Assembly (NCBI GenBank): GCA_040954595.2
Contig: CM082598.2
Span: 3,716,565-3,780,564, forward strand
Direction: 5' to 3'
Length of the DNA: 64,000 nucleotides
Source: Balanoglossus misakiensis
Taxonomy: Eukaryota > Animalia > Hemichordata
This document shows positions 36,281 through 47,385 of this stretch, piece after piece (the stretch's first letter is position 1; each line of letters begins with the position of its first letter). The notes below the pieces were generated by a model. The model did no database searches. It was not told where the DNA came from and saw only the letters and a list, made by a program, of their open reading frames with translations. The translations under genes were made by a program, and so were the position numbers.

Positions 36281-39200
36281 GGCCTAACATTATTCGTACA
36301 ACAAAAAAGCTCCAGTTTTATTACACAATTATCTATTGCCTTAATTGCTGTACACCACCTCGTCCAAGTGAAGATACAGACTGAGGTGACAGATATATAT
36401 CTTATGGTCACGAAACTACGAAAAAGGTGAAATTTCTTGTCGCTAGTCCCTCCCACCTTTCGTTTTTGAGCGCATAAGCGTTGATGGCGTGCTAACGTTG
36501 ACGCGACCAACTCCCATAGTAAACCTGCCACATTTCCTGCTGAATTTATGCCTTATCACATACTTCAAAATAATAATCCTTATTTATGAGTCTGGACTCT
36601 GAAACAGGACGTCAAATGTACAAAAATAACTTTACAATTTGCTGGGTTTATTTTATTTCCACTAGGTCAAAACAACCCAGGTTCTTACCGGCATTGCTTC
36701 AAGCCTTAATTACATAATATTGCCCGAGCGATCAATACTTGAATTGCGCTATACATAATGCAACGACTTCGCAACTTAAAATACCCAAATCAATAACAGT
36801 ATGGCGAACCTATTTCGGCCACAAAAACCCAATGACTAAAGTCACTACCTCAAATTTGAACGCACACGTCAGAATGTTGCCGCAATGTTCGTCTCCATCA
36901 ATGAACCAATCAACACCCCAGTTAAAAACTGCCACTGCCATGACTAGCTCAGCAACACTGTAAAAGTACAATGGGAATTACCTTCAATGCAACCTATTCA
37001 TTATTTAAGATAATTAGCATATTACTGTCCTACATATAATGCCCCTTTAAGTTTGTAGAAAATTATTCATGAATGAAACATCGTAAAAGTTTTAACAGCC
37101 AGTTTAATATTTTAGAATGCTCGAAACTGTATATGCAACCAGATGCAAAGTTACACCATGAAAACGTCTATTTTGTTTCGTCTCCTGATGTTATTTGTGT
37201 CTGAATTTTGAGTTCAGGACTGAATAAAGACTTTGTAGAAACGAAAACATAATTAGAATTGATGAAGTTTCAAAGCGCTAGGGAGACCTGTCAATGGTAT
37301 CCACAACTTTGAGGTGAAGTTTCTGTTCGATAGCGACAGTCACTCTGTTCGACGACTGGGGGAGGCGAGAACGAATATTTATGGCGGGGTCTCGGAGGGA
37401 CGGAGAGCGGTATTCCAATTGCTAAGAAACGGGGTCACTCCTTTGGTCAAATTTTATAATTTCCCCTGTATTTCGTAAAGGTAAGTGCTTGCAATGTTTT
37501 GTATACTAATTGAGTCTCAGTGCAGTGGGCTAAGTGGGTCGTGGTGCTAAAGGCTCGCAATGTCATAATACAAGCAGTCTACAGAATGTTCTCGATCTGG
37601 CCGAGGGGATTCGCGAGTCGACGAAACTAAATAAGCCTTGTACCTTTAAGGATCTCGAATGTGAATCTCGGGGTTTTACATAATCAGATTCCATGGCGGG
37701 GCTTCGGGTAGAGTTCCATAATGTGGCCCTACACTATGTCGCGATGCTGTAAACGAATTCATAAGCCCCCTTTGACAAATGTTTCTCCCCATAATGCCCA
37801 AAGAATGTGGCTACAGCGAACAGAAAGAAAATAAAAAAACACTTGCTCACAATGGAGATCGATGGATTGCCTGAAGTAATTGGCTCAGAAGATGGTGTTA
37901 GGGATATTATTACAAATGTATTCTTAAAATCTCCGCGAATGGCCGTCCGGGTCGAATATTTGTGTTTGTTTTGTTACCGGACTTAGGTGGCTAAAGATCC
38001 CGTACTTTTAATGCGTGGCCGATAGGCTTGTGATAAATGATGAAAAAAAACCAAAGTTATAGATTCAGAGGGATGTGTACTTGGCTATCCTCGGAACTGA
38101 CATCCTCGATTGTCCGCCTATCAATGTAGACATTTCTCATTACTATGGTTACGCCCATTTCCTCCCACTCTGGAGATTCCCTATAGCCCTTTCCACGCCA
38201 TTCAATAGATGGTGTGCGCTAACAACGCTGTACAGAATTTTCTTAGGTAGGCCATGTAAAACACGCATGTCTTTTTTATCACCAAAGTACTACAAAGATC
38301 ACCACACAGCACTTTTACGAGTGTATAGGCGTGTTCAAACATGTGTTACACGCCAATAATTCGTAATTGCTGCTGGCAACTATTTTCTCATTTATCAAGT
38401 GATATCCTTTGCCCCGTAAATACTGGGGGTGTTTCAACGTTTAGTCAGTTTAGACACTAATGTACTGCATATACACTTTAAGGATCGTCTCTTTAAAGGG
38501 TGGGAGTCGTCCCGTCTGCGGTTGCGCGGGTATGGGTCCTATACAACACAAAGTAGGCACATAGTAACTATAACTGCTACATTGCATATTAATGCGGTTG
38601 TTACTTTGTATTACAATATTGCCACACCACACAAAGACTGGCAAGTTAAAGTAGGTGCAAAGTATAACTGCTACAGTAAACATCACTGCAAACAACGTGG
38701 TTGTTACTTTGTATGACATCTCCGGGTTACTTTGATAATATATAACATGTATTGGTTGGCAGGGTCTTCCTGCACAGTGGGGACAACGATGATGAAAAGT
38801 CGCACGTGCGCACATCATCATCAACAAGATCATCCAGTGTACAAATATACACTGTAGCCAATTGTAAGATAGTGTTCTATATCATGATTGGTGTGCCCGA
38901 CTGCATAAGTACAATGTCAGGCCAATCAAAAGCAAGCTTACAAAATGGATCGTGTGAACACAACTTTCTCACGCATCCCGAGCGGCCAATCAGATCGCCA
39001 GACACAATCACAGAGAAACCATTGTCCCAGCAAAGTAATTTTAGGGTTTTTCAGTCTGCACGTTATTCCGTTTGCGTTACGTCACTGATGTCAAATGTTA
39101 ATTCCGGTTATGCACGGTTTCTGAAATATTTAATTTTGCCACGGAAACTGATTTTTACTGCTGAAAATGTAGTGACAATTAACCTTAATGAAATTCTTAT

Positions 39201-41527
39201 TTCTAATGGAAACGAAACGTAATATACTGAGTACTAGACAAAAGCATCATTTGTCAACACTTACAAATATTAATTGGAGGGTGTCTGGGCATCATATCAG
39301 AGCAGGTAAGATTTAACAAAACTTCCCTGGGAAAATTCGCTGTAACACCTGATGGAACACCTGTCGATTTCCCTTGGTCCCAGGACATTCTAAGATGTTA
39401 AACTATTCTCTGATATCTGCAGAAAACACAAGTTCTTGTTTGAACACAACTGCACCGTATGGTCTTTTGCAGTAACACTGACATTTCCTTCGACAGTCCG
39501 AAATATAATAAAAAATTTAACTATCTGGTTCTAACTTGAAGAACCTCTGTCATTGCTCAATGATCGATGTCCCTAAAATAAATAAACATTAAATATTGCT
39601 TCAAGGATCTGTTTCTCAGAGTGTGTACCCCAGCAACGACTGGACATGCCGTGAGACGAAATGTGAAGACCCTACTATGATATGTCCCTACGCCTCCACT
39701 GTGGGCGCGATTCGAGATTAGCTCGTCAGGGCATGGAAGTGGACGGGCCACATAGTCGTACAGTCCGTACTAAGTAAATCGGATTCTTTGAAGAAAAATT
39801 AAGAGAAATCACACGAATTTTAGACCATTCAGTGTCGTTATGCGACCCTATAACCTAGTTAAACGTTTAGAATTGTAGGACATCGGTATTCTGACTAATT
39901 TTGTGATAATTGTCTTGACAGGGTTAAGGAGTTCGTATTAACCGAGACTTGCAACCATGCCAACACAAAAATTTCATTATAATCCCACGTCAGAAATTGC
40001 ATTTAAACTAACGGAATACCACAGTATCACTCGACCTTCACCTGGACAGAACTCGACATAACAACACTAGAACAGGTGGTTTGCTAGATTTAATTGTTTT
40101 ATCCCATTTTCCCCGGACCATTAATCAATCTTAGTACGGCTGCCCGCGCCGTTGGCTAGTTCCTATATAAGACGGGGTGCGTGGCATCAGAATCACAATT
40201 GGTTGCTTAGATGCTGTCCGAGACGTTATCGTTTCCCGTTCACATTTTCCCCGTGATTTGTCTCGACGTTGGGTGTATCTCAAGTTTGGCCACACTACCC
40301 GTCATTCTTATAGCATTCAATTTTAAGGTATTTATCATTTTCTTCGTGACTGTTTACCCTCGAGGGTTAATTTGTACTGATAATGTATCACTCCGCTGTC
40401 ATCCCACTTTTTTGTACGATTAGATCTCATTCGCCGGTGAATACTTAAAGAGTTTAACCTGAGACTAGTCCTAGGTTTAACCTACTGCATTGTAGTACTT
40501 ATATGTCGATGATCTCTTAATGCATTAAGTTACAATTTCCTTTTCATGTCAGCTTAACCGCTTATGCATCGAACTACTACCATACAGTTACTCTGAAACT
40601 ATACTACCACATTGACGGCACAGTCATTTAAGTGGATGTTGTTTTTGGCAATCTTGACAAAAACCGCAAGCATAGCACAGTCAAACATATTTTTGTAATG
40701 CGAATTCAGGGGTGTTATATATTAAGGGTGGTACTAGTATCTACTTGTACAGAGAGATTAATATAATTGTGATGTGATATACCGGGGAGGGGAAACAGGT
40801 TCTAGGGAGGGTGATACAGTTATTATTGTCCTTGTTTAATACCTCACAATGGTTGGTCTTTTTCAAAAGCGAATGCCTTAAATATTCATGTTACTCTGTC
40901 GCGACGCTTGTTGGTAACCACGTGCATTCGTTGCTATGTGCATCCCTTAAGCAAATTGTTGGAATATTTGAAATAAAAATATACGACCCCAGTGATGGAT
41001 GTTCGCTAGTAAGACATTCTCCGGGTGCGGAGTTGCAACAGATGGCATATAAAGAAAGCATTGTGGATTCAAAATTTGTTTCTAATTTAAATACCACCTG
41101 ACCGACTCCTGCAAAATTGATTATGACTCACACTGCCGCCAAATGCCTCAGTTGCTTCCTCTATATCTGATTTTAAAAGACCGGAATTCTGTTAAAAATA
41201 TTGGAAATGATTATATATAAAAAATCAAACAATGTAATGTGTACTACAGCGCGGCGATACCAGTATTTGGACAATGGTAAACCCGTTTTAACGCGGTTCT
41301 AAATGTATTAGCCATTGATTCTGTGTTTGGACAAACAAAGGGTATTGATAGGTTTTTTCCTTAGCTGATCGATCCGAGTTTGTTTGCTGTAGGGTGATTT
41401 GCAGGATTTAATAATTTATAAGTTAGGCTGAGTTGTCTCGCTGCACGGGTCTTAGTTACGGTGATGGCGGTGACCAAGGCGTAGTAGCTGGCATGGCAGT
41501 CGAGGTCTTGCAGACAATGTAGCCAAG

Positions 41528-44500
41528 ATGCGAGGGGATTCACGGCAGTTCGAGATTTTCGTCCAGGCTCAGGGGAGCCCGCAGAACAGGATGGTTGCGG
41601 GGCCGACAAAGAGGTAAATTTGCTGTTTTGCGCTGGGGAGGAGCGACTCGATCGCGTTCTTTCAGCGCGACAGAGCGCCAGTGCTAGCTAGCAACACAAC
41701 GAAACAGTCGGTGTTTCTCTGAGCTCAGTCAGAATATTTCCCACGAGCATGTAACAATGTCATTTAGGAACTTCTCCCGGCGGAGGGTGTCTCCCCCTCC
41801 CCACCCATCTCCCCCGTTTTAGTTCTGTTACTTAGTGTACAAAGGGGTTCACAATCTCGCTTCAAATTTTGCGTTATTGGTGACAAGAATTCTCAAGTGG
41901 ATCGGAATATAAACCACAAGCCCACGGATGAAAACCTGTTACCACAATCATAAACCAACGCAAATGCCAACTCAATTTGACCTATTCTGAAGACACTGAT
42001 TTCATTATCTTAGTACTTTTCTGCGTACTCTCTGTTTATATTTTGCTCAGGGTTCCTACCCGTGTTAATTTAAATACCGATTTCCTATATGAACTATTGT
42101 TCTCTAACACATACATTTGTTTTTGCTTTTAATGCTCGCAGCGGGATGGAGGAACGGTAGGTATACACACGACAGTTGGTGGAGTGTGTTGCACGTGTTT
42201 TTACTACTGAGATCACAGTTTTTGGTGTTTTTCACTATTTACGAGTCTGTCCCACAATGCGCACGCACAATCGCGCCATCTTGATTAGAAATTATGTTAC
42301 AGGGTTGCAGAAGCGAACATACTTGTTTGGAAGACTTCGAGCTTTACGTGTTCCTGTTAACGCACCACCACTGCGATGCACAACACAATTACAGTCAAAC
42401 CTGAGTTATTGGCCACCTCTATATAACGGCGATTTTGTTATGGTTCCTGCGTGATTTACACATCTAAATGGCCCGTCTATAAAGGCCGACTTTCTATAAA
42501 GGGCAGTTTGGGAAAGTCCCTGCACTGACCATTATAGACACGTTCGACTGTACCTTGGACGAGTGTTTGTTACCTAACTGACTTTCGCTACAAATGTGTG
42601 ATGACATTTTAGTGTATTATCTTGACTTAACTAATCACTATGTGTACCGGTCCTTTTAGAAGTTAAGCCTACGCGAGTGTTTAACCTTCGCCTGTTTGTT
42701 ATCACCATTCCAATCGACCTCTCACACCAAATATGTGGGCCCCCACTTACCTGAGTGTTTCTTCATTCACAACACTCCAACTTCTGTCTTCTTTCCAGCA
42801 CCAACGGACCCCCTCCCCCCCAATCACACAAACATTCCTCTATCACTACCGAGAAACCTAAGTATGTGATATCCCGTACCTTTTCCTGTCTTTATCACCG
42901 CTTGTACACCATCGAAGTCCACCATGAAGTTGCCCAGACCACAATCCGTGTCACCACATTCCAATATAGAACTAATTGAAATTCTGAAAAGAGATGCATT
43001 TGTTCAACAAATTAATATTTATGTTCAAGTGATCGCCGGGACATGGTGGCTTTTTTTGTCCTGTGAAAAAAAATAATTTCGTAGCCTAAATGTTTCCAGA
43101 AAGTTGGCCCGTTGCTTTTTGTTTTAATGTTTGGCAGAGGCTTGGATATGGATCAAACGATCCTTACAAAATTTGAAATATATATTCCGATCTCGCGAGA
43201 AAATACCTTCTGTGTGTAAATACGTATGTGAAGACCAAGTCTGAAAGGGGGTGGGTTACTTTAGTGGAAATCTATACATTTCAGTCTCCAAAAACATCGA
43301 TGCATGGTACTGGCGCACAGTATGGGGGGAATATGAAAATTGTCATATAGCGCCCTAAATTGTAGATTATGCCACGGTTACTAATGACCATGATTATGTA
43401 GTTGTGTGTTGTGTTGTGTTGTTTTGTTTTGTTTTGATTTGTTTTGTTTTGAAAAAGTTTTATTTGTCATTTATTACAGACGGGACAACCTCGCCTACGA
43501 ACAATGGCGCGAAAATCTCCACCGCCACTCCTACAACATGGACTCGCGGAGTCTCCAAACCGGACTCTTTCTCCATCAGTTCACCAACAGTGTGAGTAAA
43601 GCGCTCCACAAGGACCACGACAAAACAAGCAAGAGGCTCTCCGCCGAGGAGCTGTACGCCAAGGCCAACCCCGCCATCTTCACGACCAACCTGAGCACCA
43701 AGAGCCGGGGGCCCACTGCGCAGGTACACTTGCCGACGATCACCAAGCTCGGGGTGGTCGCCGACCTGTTGAATCAGAACAACAACTCGCTGAAGTTGAA
43801 ACTCTCGCGAGACTCTCGCCCGGGGGACAAGTCGCGGAGAGATCTGCAGCCTCACATCGTCGGCGATTACCACCTGCCGAAAATCATGGAGATCACCGAC
43901 CGGGAGGGGAACAACTGGAAGATTCAACAGCAACGGAAATTGGCGAAATCCCCGGATGAGAAAGTCGAGGGGGGCAATACCAATGATCGCGTACCAACGC
44001 GTATCCCACCGATAGAACCGATGTTAATACATAACGCTGCTAAGACGCATCAGGCTGGAGATTCCAGCGATGCTGTCAAACGACCAGCAAATAAACCACT
44101 AGAAACTCAGCCCAAACTACCGCAGATAAACAAAGACAAACATTTGACTTGGGAGAGGACGAAAGAGAGCGATTTAGAGAACGCATCGGATTTGGATTTG
44201 GACGACAAGTCCTTGGATTTGAGCACTCCCAGAATAGGACACGGGGATCGGTTTAATCCGCTGTCGGCTTACAGCAAATCCTACCAGGGCAAGATGAGCT
44301 ACTCATCGTACCTGAAGCAGATGTCGCTTCCCGCTTTACAGAACACAAGTTCCGTTTTGAAACCGGCCAATAAAACTGAGACTGTCGCGGGGTGCCTGCA
44401 GATCCGGGGACAGAACACAACGAGTGAAGAAACTGATGTGGCCAAGTACAAGTCGCTGAACGTGTATTGCCCACGCAACGACAACGAATCGGAGGAGTCA

Positions 44501-45751
44501 AGCAGCGAGAAAAGCGCGGTTCATGATCACGGTGACTTAACGCCCCGTCGCCTTGGAAACACGGAAAACGCAACGCCGCGCATCATGGACGCGGAGGCTC
44601 ACAAAGTTGAAGTCGGCAACCACATTCCGAAAAACTTCACGTCCAAACAACAGAGAGATTTGCGGTCGCGCTACCCGATGTTCGACTGGCAAGTGCAGAG
44701 CAGGCAGCGGTCGCTCGGCAACCAGAACGGTTACTATGACAGCAGAACCCCGCGCAAGATGGCGAGCGTGGAGAGTCTGTCCTCGATATCGAGCAGTGGC
44801 AGTTCGGTGCAGTTGAAAATGTTTCGAATGCCGTCGTCGCTGGACAACAAAGCCACCGTGAACAAGAAAACGAAAAAGAAGAACAGAAAAGCGAATATCG
44901 AGGAATATGAGTGGTCTGAGACCTTCCCACCAAGCCACAAAGTCGTCAGTTTCGGCGACATCCGGGCGTACGACGACGACGCTAGAGTGACGTCGGCTGA
45001 AATCATTGCGGAGTGGAGGGCGTCTATTGAGCATGCACAGTACCGGCACGACAAGGGACTTTTGTACACCGGGCAACCTCCCCCAACACCCGTGGAACGA
45101 CACGACCTTTGCCACAGCGCTGGGAGCCATCGCTTCGATGCCAGTAAACGGCGGACAGAGAAGACGTCGCCGGAAAATACAGACGCCAAAGCCGAGAGCA
45201 GAGAAACTGTGACGCTACCAATTTTGCAAACTGAGCCGGAGGAGAGAGACAATTCTGGCGATGAGGCGAAGGACGACAAAGCAACCGACACGGAAGTCGA
45301 CTTCACGACTCTGACAGAAAACGAAAAACGGACCGAGCATTTCACCAAAGAAGAAAAATTCAGCACCGCTGTGGAAGTGTCGTCCGAACGATACTTCAAC
45401 GCCAATGCCAGTCACCATGGCGACAGCAGAGACCACGACGCGCCGAGTGAGGGCTCCAACTGCACGACGGCGCCACCTGACGACAGAAGCGAAAAATCCC
45501 ACCCGGTGGCTCTTCGCCCGGCCATAAAAATGCTCGAAATCCCCGGATTTGTCAAAAACTCGAACTCGCAAGACACGGTATCAGACACGTCATCATCTCC
45601 AGTCAACACAAACTGGAAAACGAAGTCAGAAAGTGTTGGGAACAGAACGAATCACGACCAGAGAAATAGTCCGGTCAACGTCAGTACTAAAGACGTGGTA
45701 TTTATTTCACCGGCGGCGTATCTTAAAACGTCAAATTCAAAAAATCGCTAG
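41528..45751 (+). CDS. Orphan gene D, ~785 aa (proximal isoform: exons 41528-41613 and 43480-45751)
   Basis: The large ORF starts at the acceptor tttgtcatttattacag|43480 and needs an upstream exon ending in phase 2. Exon 41528-41613 (MRGDSRQFEIFVQAQGSPQNRMVAGPTK-AG|gtaaat, 86 nt) supplies this. AATAAA at 46645. No family recognised. Confidence 0.78.
42390..42552 (+). mobile_element. TA-flanked MITE family R2 (Tc1/mariner/pogo-like ends TA-CAGTC...GACTG-TA)
   Basis: tacagtcaaacctg...tatagacacgttcgactgta. Homologous to 53250-53433 and 48936-49135. Confidence 0.7.
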
Positions 45752-47279
45752 ACCACATTTTCTACGTTGCTGTACCCTCCTGCACGGCATACATCACAAA
45801 CCATGCCGACTGATGACGTAAATAATACACCGGACATTGATGCACAGTTTTGAAACCATATAGTTGTCAAGTGTGCTGGGATATTGACGACAACATACCC
45901 CGAAATCAACACACAATGTAAATCCCGTTTCATCGATAATAAGGCGCAATTTGACATCCAGTGGTCTATCTGCAGGCCCTTGCTGACACCACTCCGCAAA
46001 TATGCTACATTTACTATATAGAAATCCATGATACCTATTGCAAGATGAAGTAGTATTTTTTGTATATAAAACAGCCACCTGTTGATATGTTGGTTTTACA
46101 TTCTTTACATAGATGATGCATATTCATTAACATTTGCATTTTTCTTTTACAAGAAACATATATGCACCAGTCAGAGCTCTCGATAATTTGCACGTGGCCA
46201 ATAATAGCCAATGACAGTTACGGATACAATGGCGTTTAGCTTACAGAACAGGTCAAGCAATCAGACTAGACATTGGCGGTTAAATCTGGCTAGGTCATAA
46301 ATATGCATAAAAGTTGACCTGTGATTGGTTGGACAGGTTTTAAAATGGTCACGTGGTGCGCATTTATCCAATCACAGAGTACTAGTGTGCAACTTTCAAA
46401 TTCCTTACATTTACAAATGGGGTCTCTGTCCAGGTATTCCTTCCGTCCGATTGCTGGTATATACACAGCTAGGCATTATAATCTCCCTGGTTTTCAGTTT
46501 TAACAGCTGCAATTATTCATCACCAGTATATGAGGTTTTTCACAATTAATCAGTTTATGAAACTTCACTGGCTACACATTACTTCAACGAGACTTCTCTG
46601 TAAATTATAATTATGTAAATTATAATGTATGTACTGTAATTGTTAATAAACAAATGATAATCTTTGAGATAGTAGTGTGTTTTTTAAGAAGTACAAGTTC
46701 AGATCATTGGGATATGTTATTCGTTAAGCAGGGCAATTCTAGACTATACTAAGCTTGGAATTTCTCCAACTTAAACATGATGATCATATGATTTGATTTC
46801 AAGTGGACTTTATTGCCATAAATGTATAATACAGTATGTAATATCACCAAAATCACAAAGTATATAAATGCCTCATCATTTTAATCCCTATTTTTACATC
46901 CATGAATTCCCCCGCCCCATTACGTCATAGACGTCGACAGGTGGTTGTTGCAATAAAAACAAAAGTTCCCATCGCTTGAGGGCGCCCTCAATGATCCCAA
47001 CGGGACAGAATGTGCTCCAACAAACAACACTTTTATTAAAGTTAAGTGTTTAATACAAAAATTCAAACATTCTACGTACTGAATTACTGATTCAACTTTT
47101 GATAAAAATTGTGCTTTTGTCTGCAACAACATTTAGAGAAATTCAACTTTGAATAGAGATAAAACAAACACAAAAGTCAAAAGCAGTCATGACAGATTTG
47201 AAAACAAATTCCAAACTTTTGATCTGACCAGAAATCTCCTTTCTGAGTCACCCATGGTAAAACAAGTTAAAAATAATTT

Positions 47280-47335
47280 CAGTACAGTACAGTACAGTAC
47301 AGTACAGTACAGTACAGTACAGTACAGTACAGTAC
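47280..47335. repeat. (CAGTA)n pentanucleotide microsatellite in the DERA 3' UTR
   Basis: About 11 perfect units just downstream of the DERA stop codon. Confidence 0.95.
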
Positions 47336-47385
47336 ACAACTGAACCAATACTGATATCACTGAGATTGATTCACACAACTTCCAT

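Noticed and set aside
43406-43479. Hydrophobic Cys-rich N-terminus of the 781-aa ORF (apparent signal peptide)
   Set aside because: This is the intronic GT/T-rich tract before the acceptor at 43479, and the listed start codon is not ATG.
2301-45751. Single gene with a shared first exon and four alternative terminal exons
   Set aside because: The phases are incompatible: A is phase 0, D is phase 2, and B and C have an in-frame TGA right after the acceptor. Each ORF also has its own candidate 5' exons.
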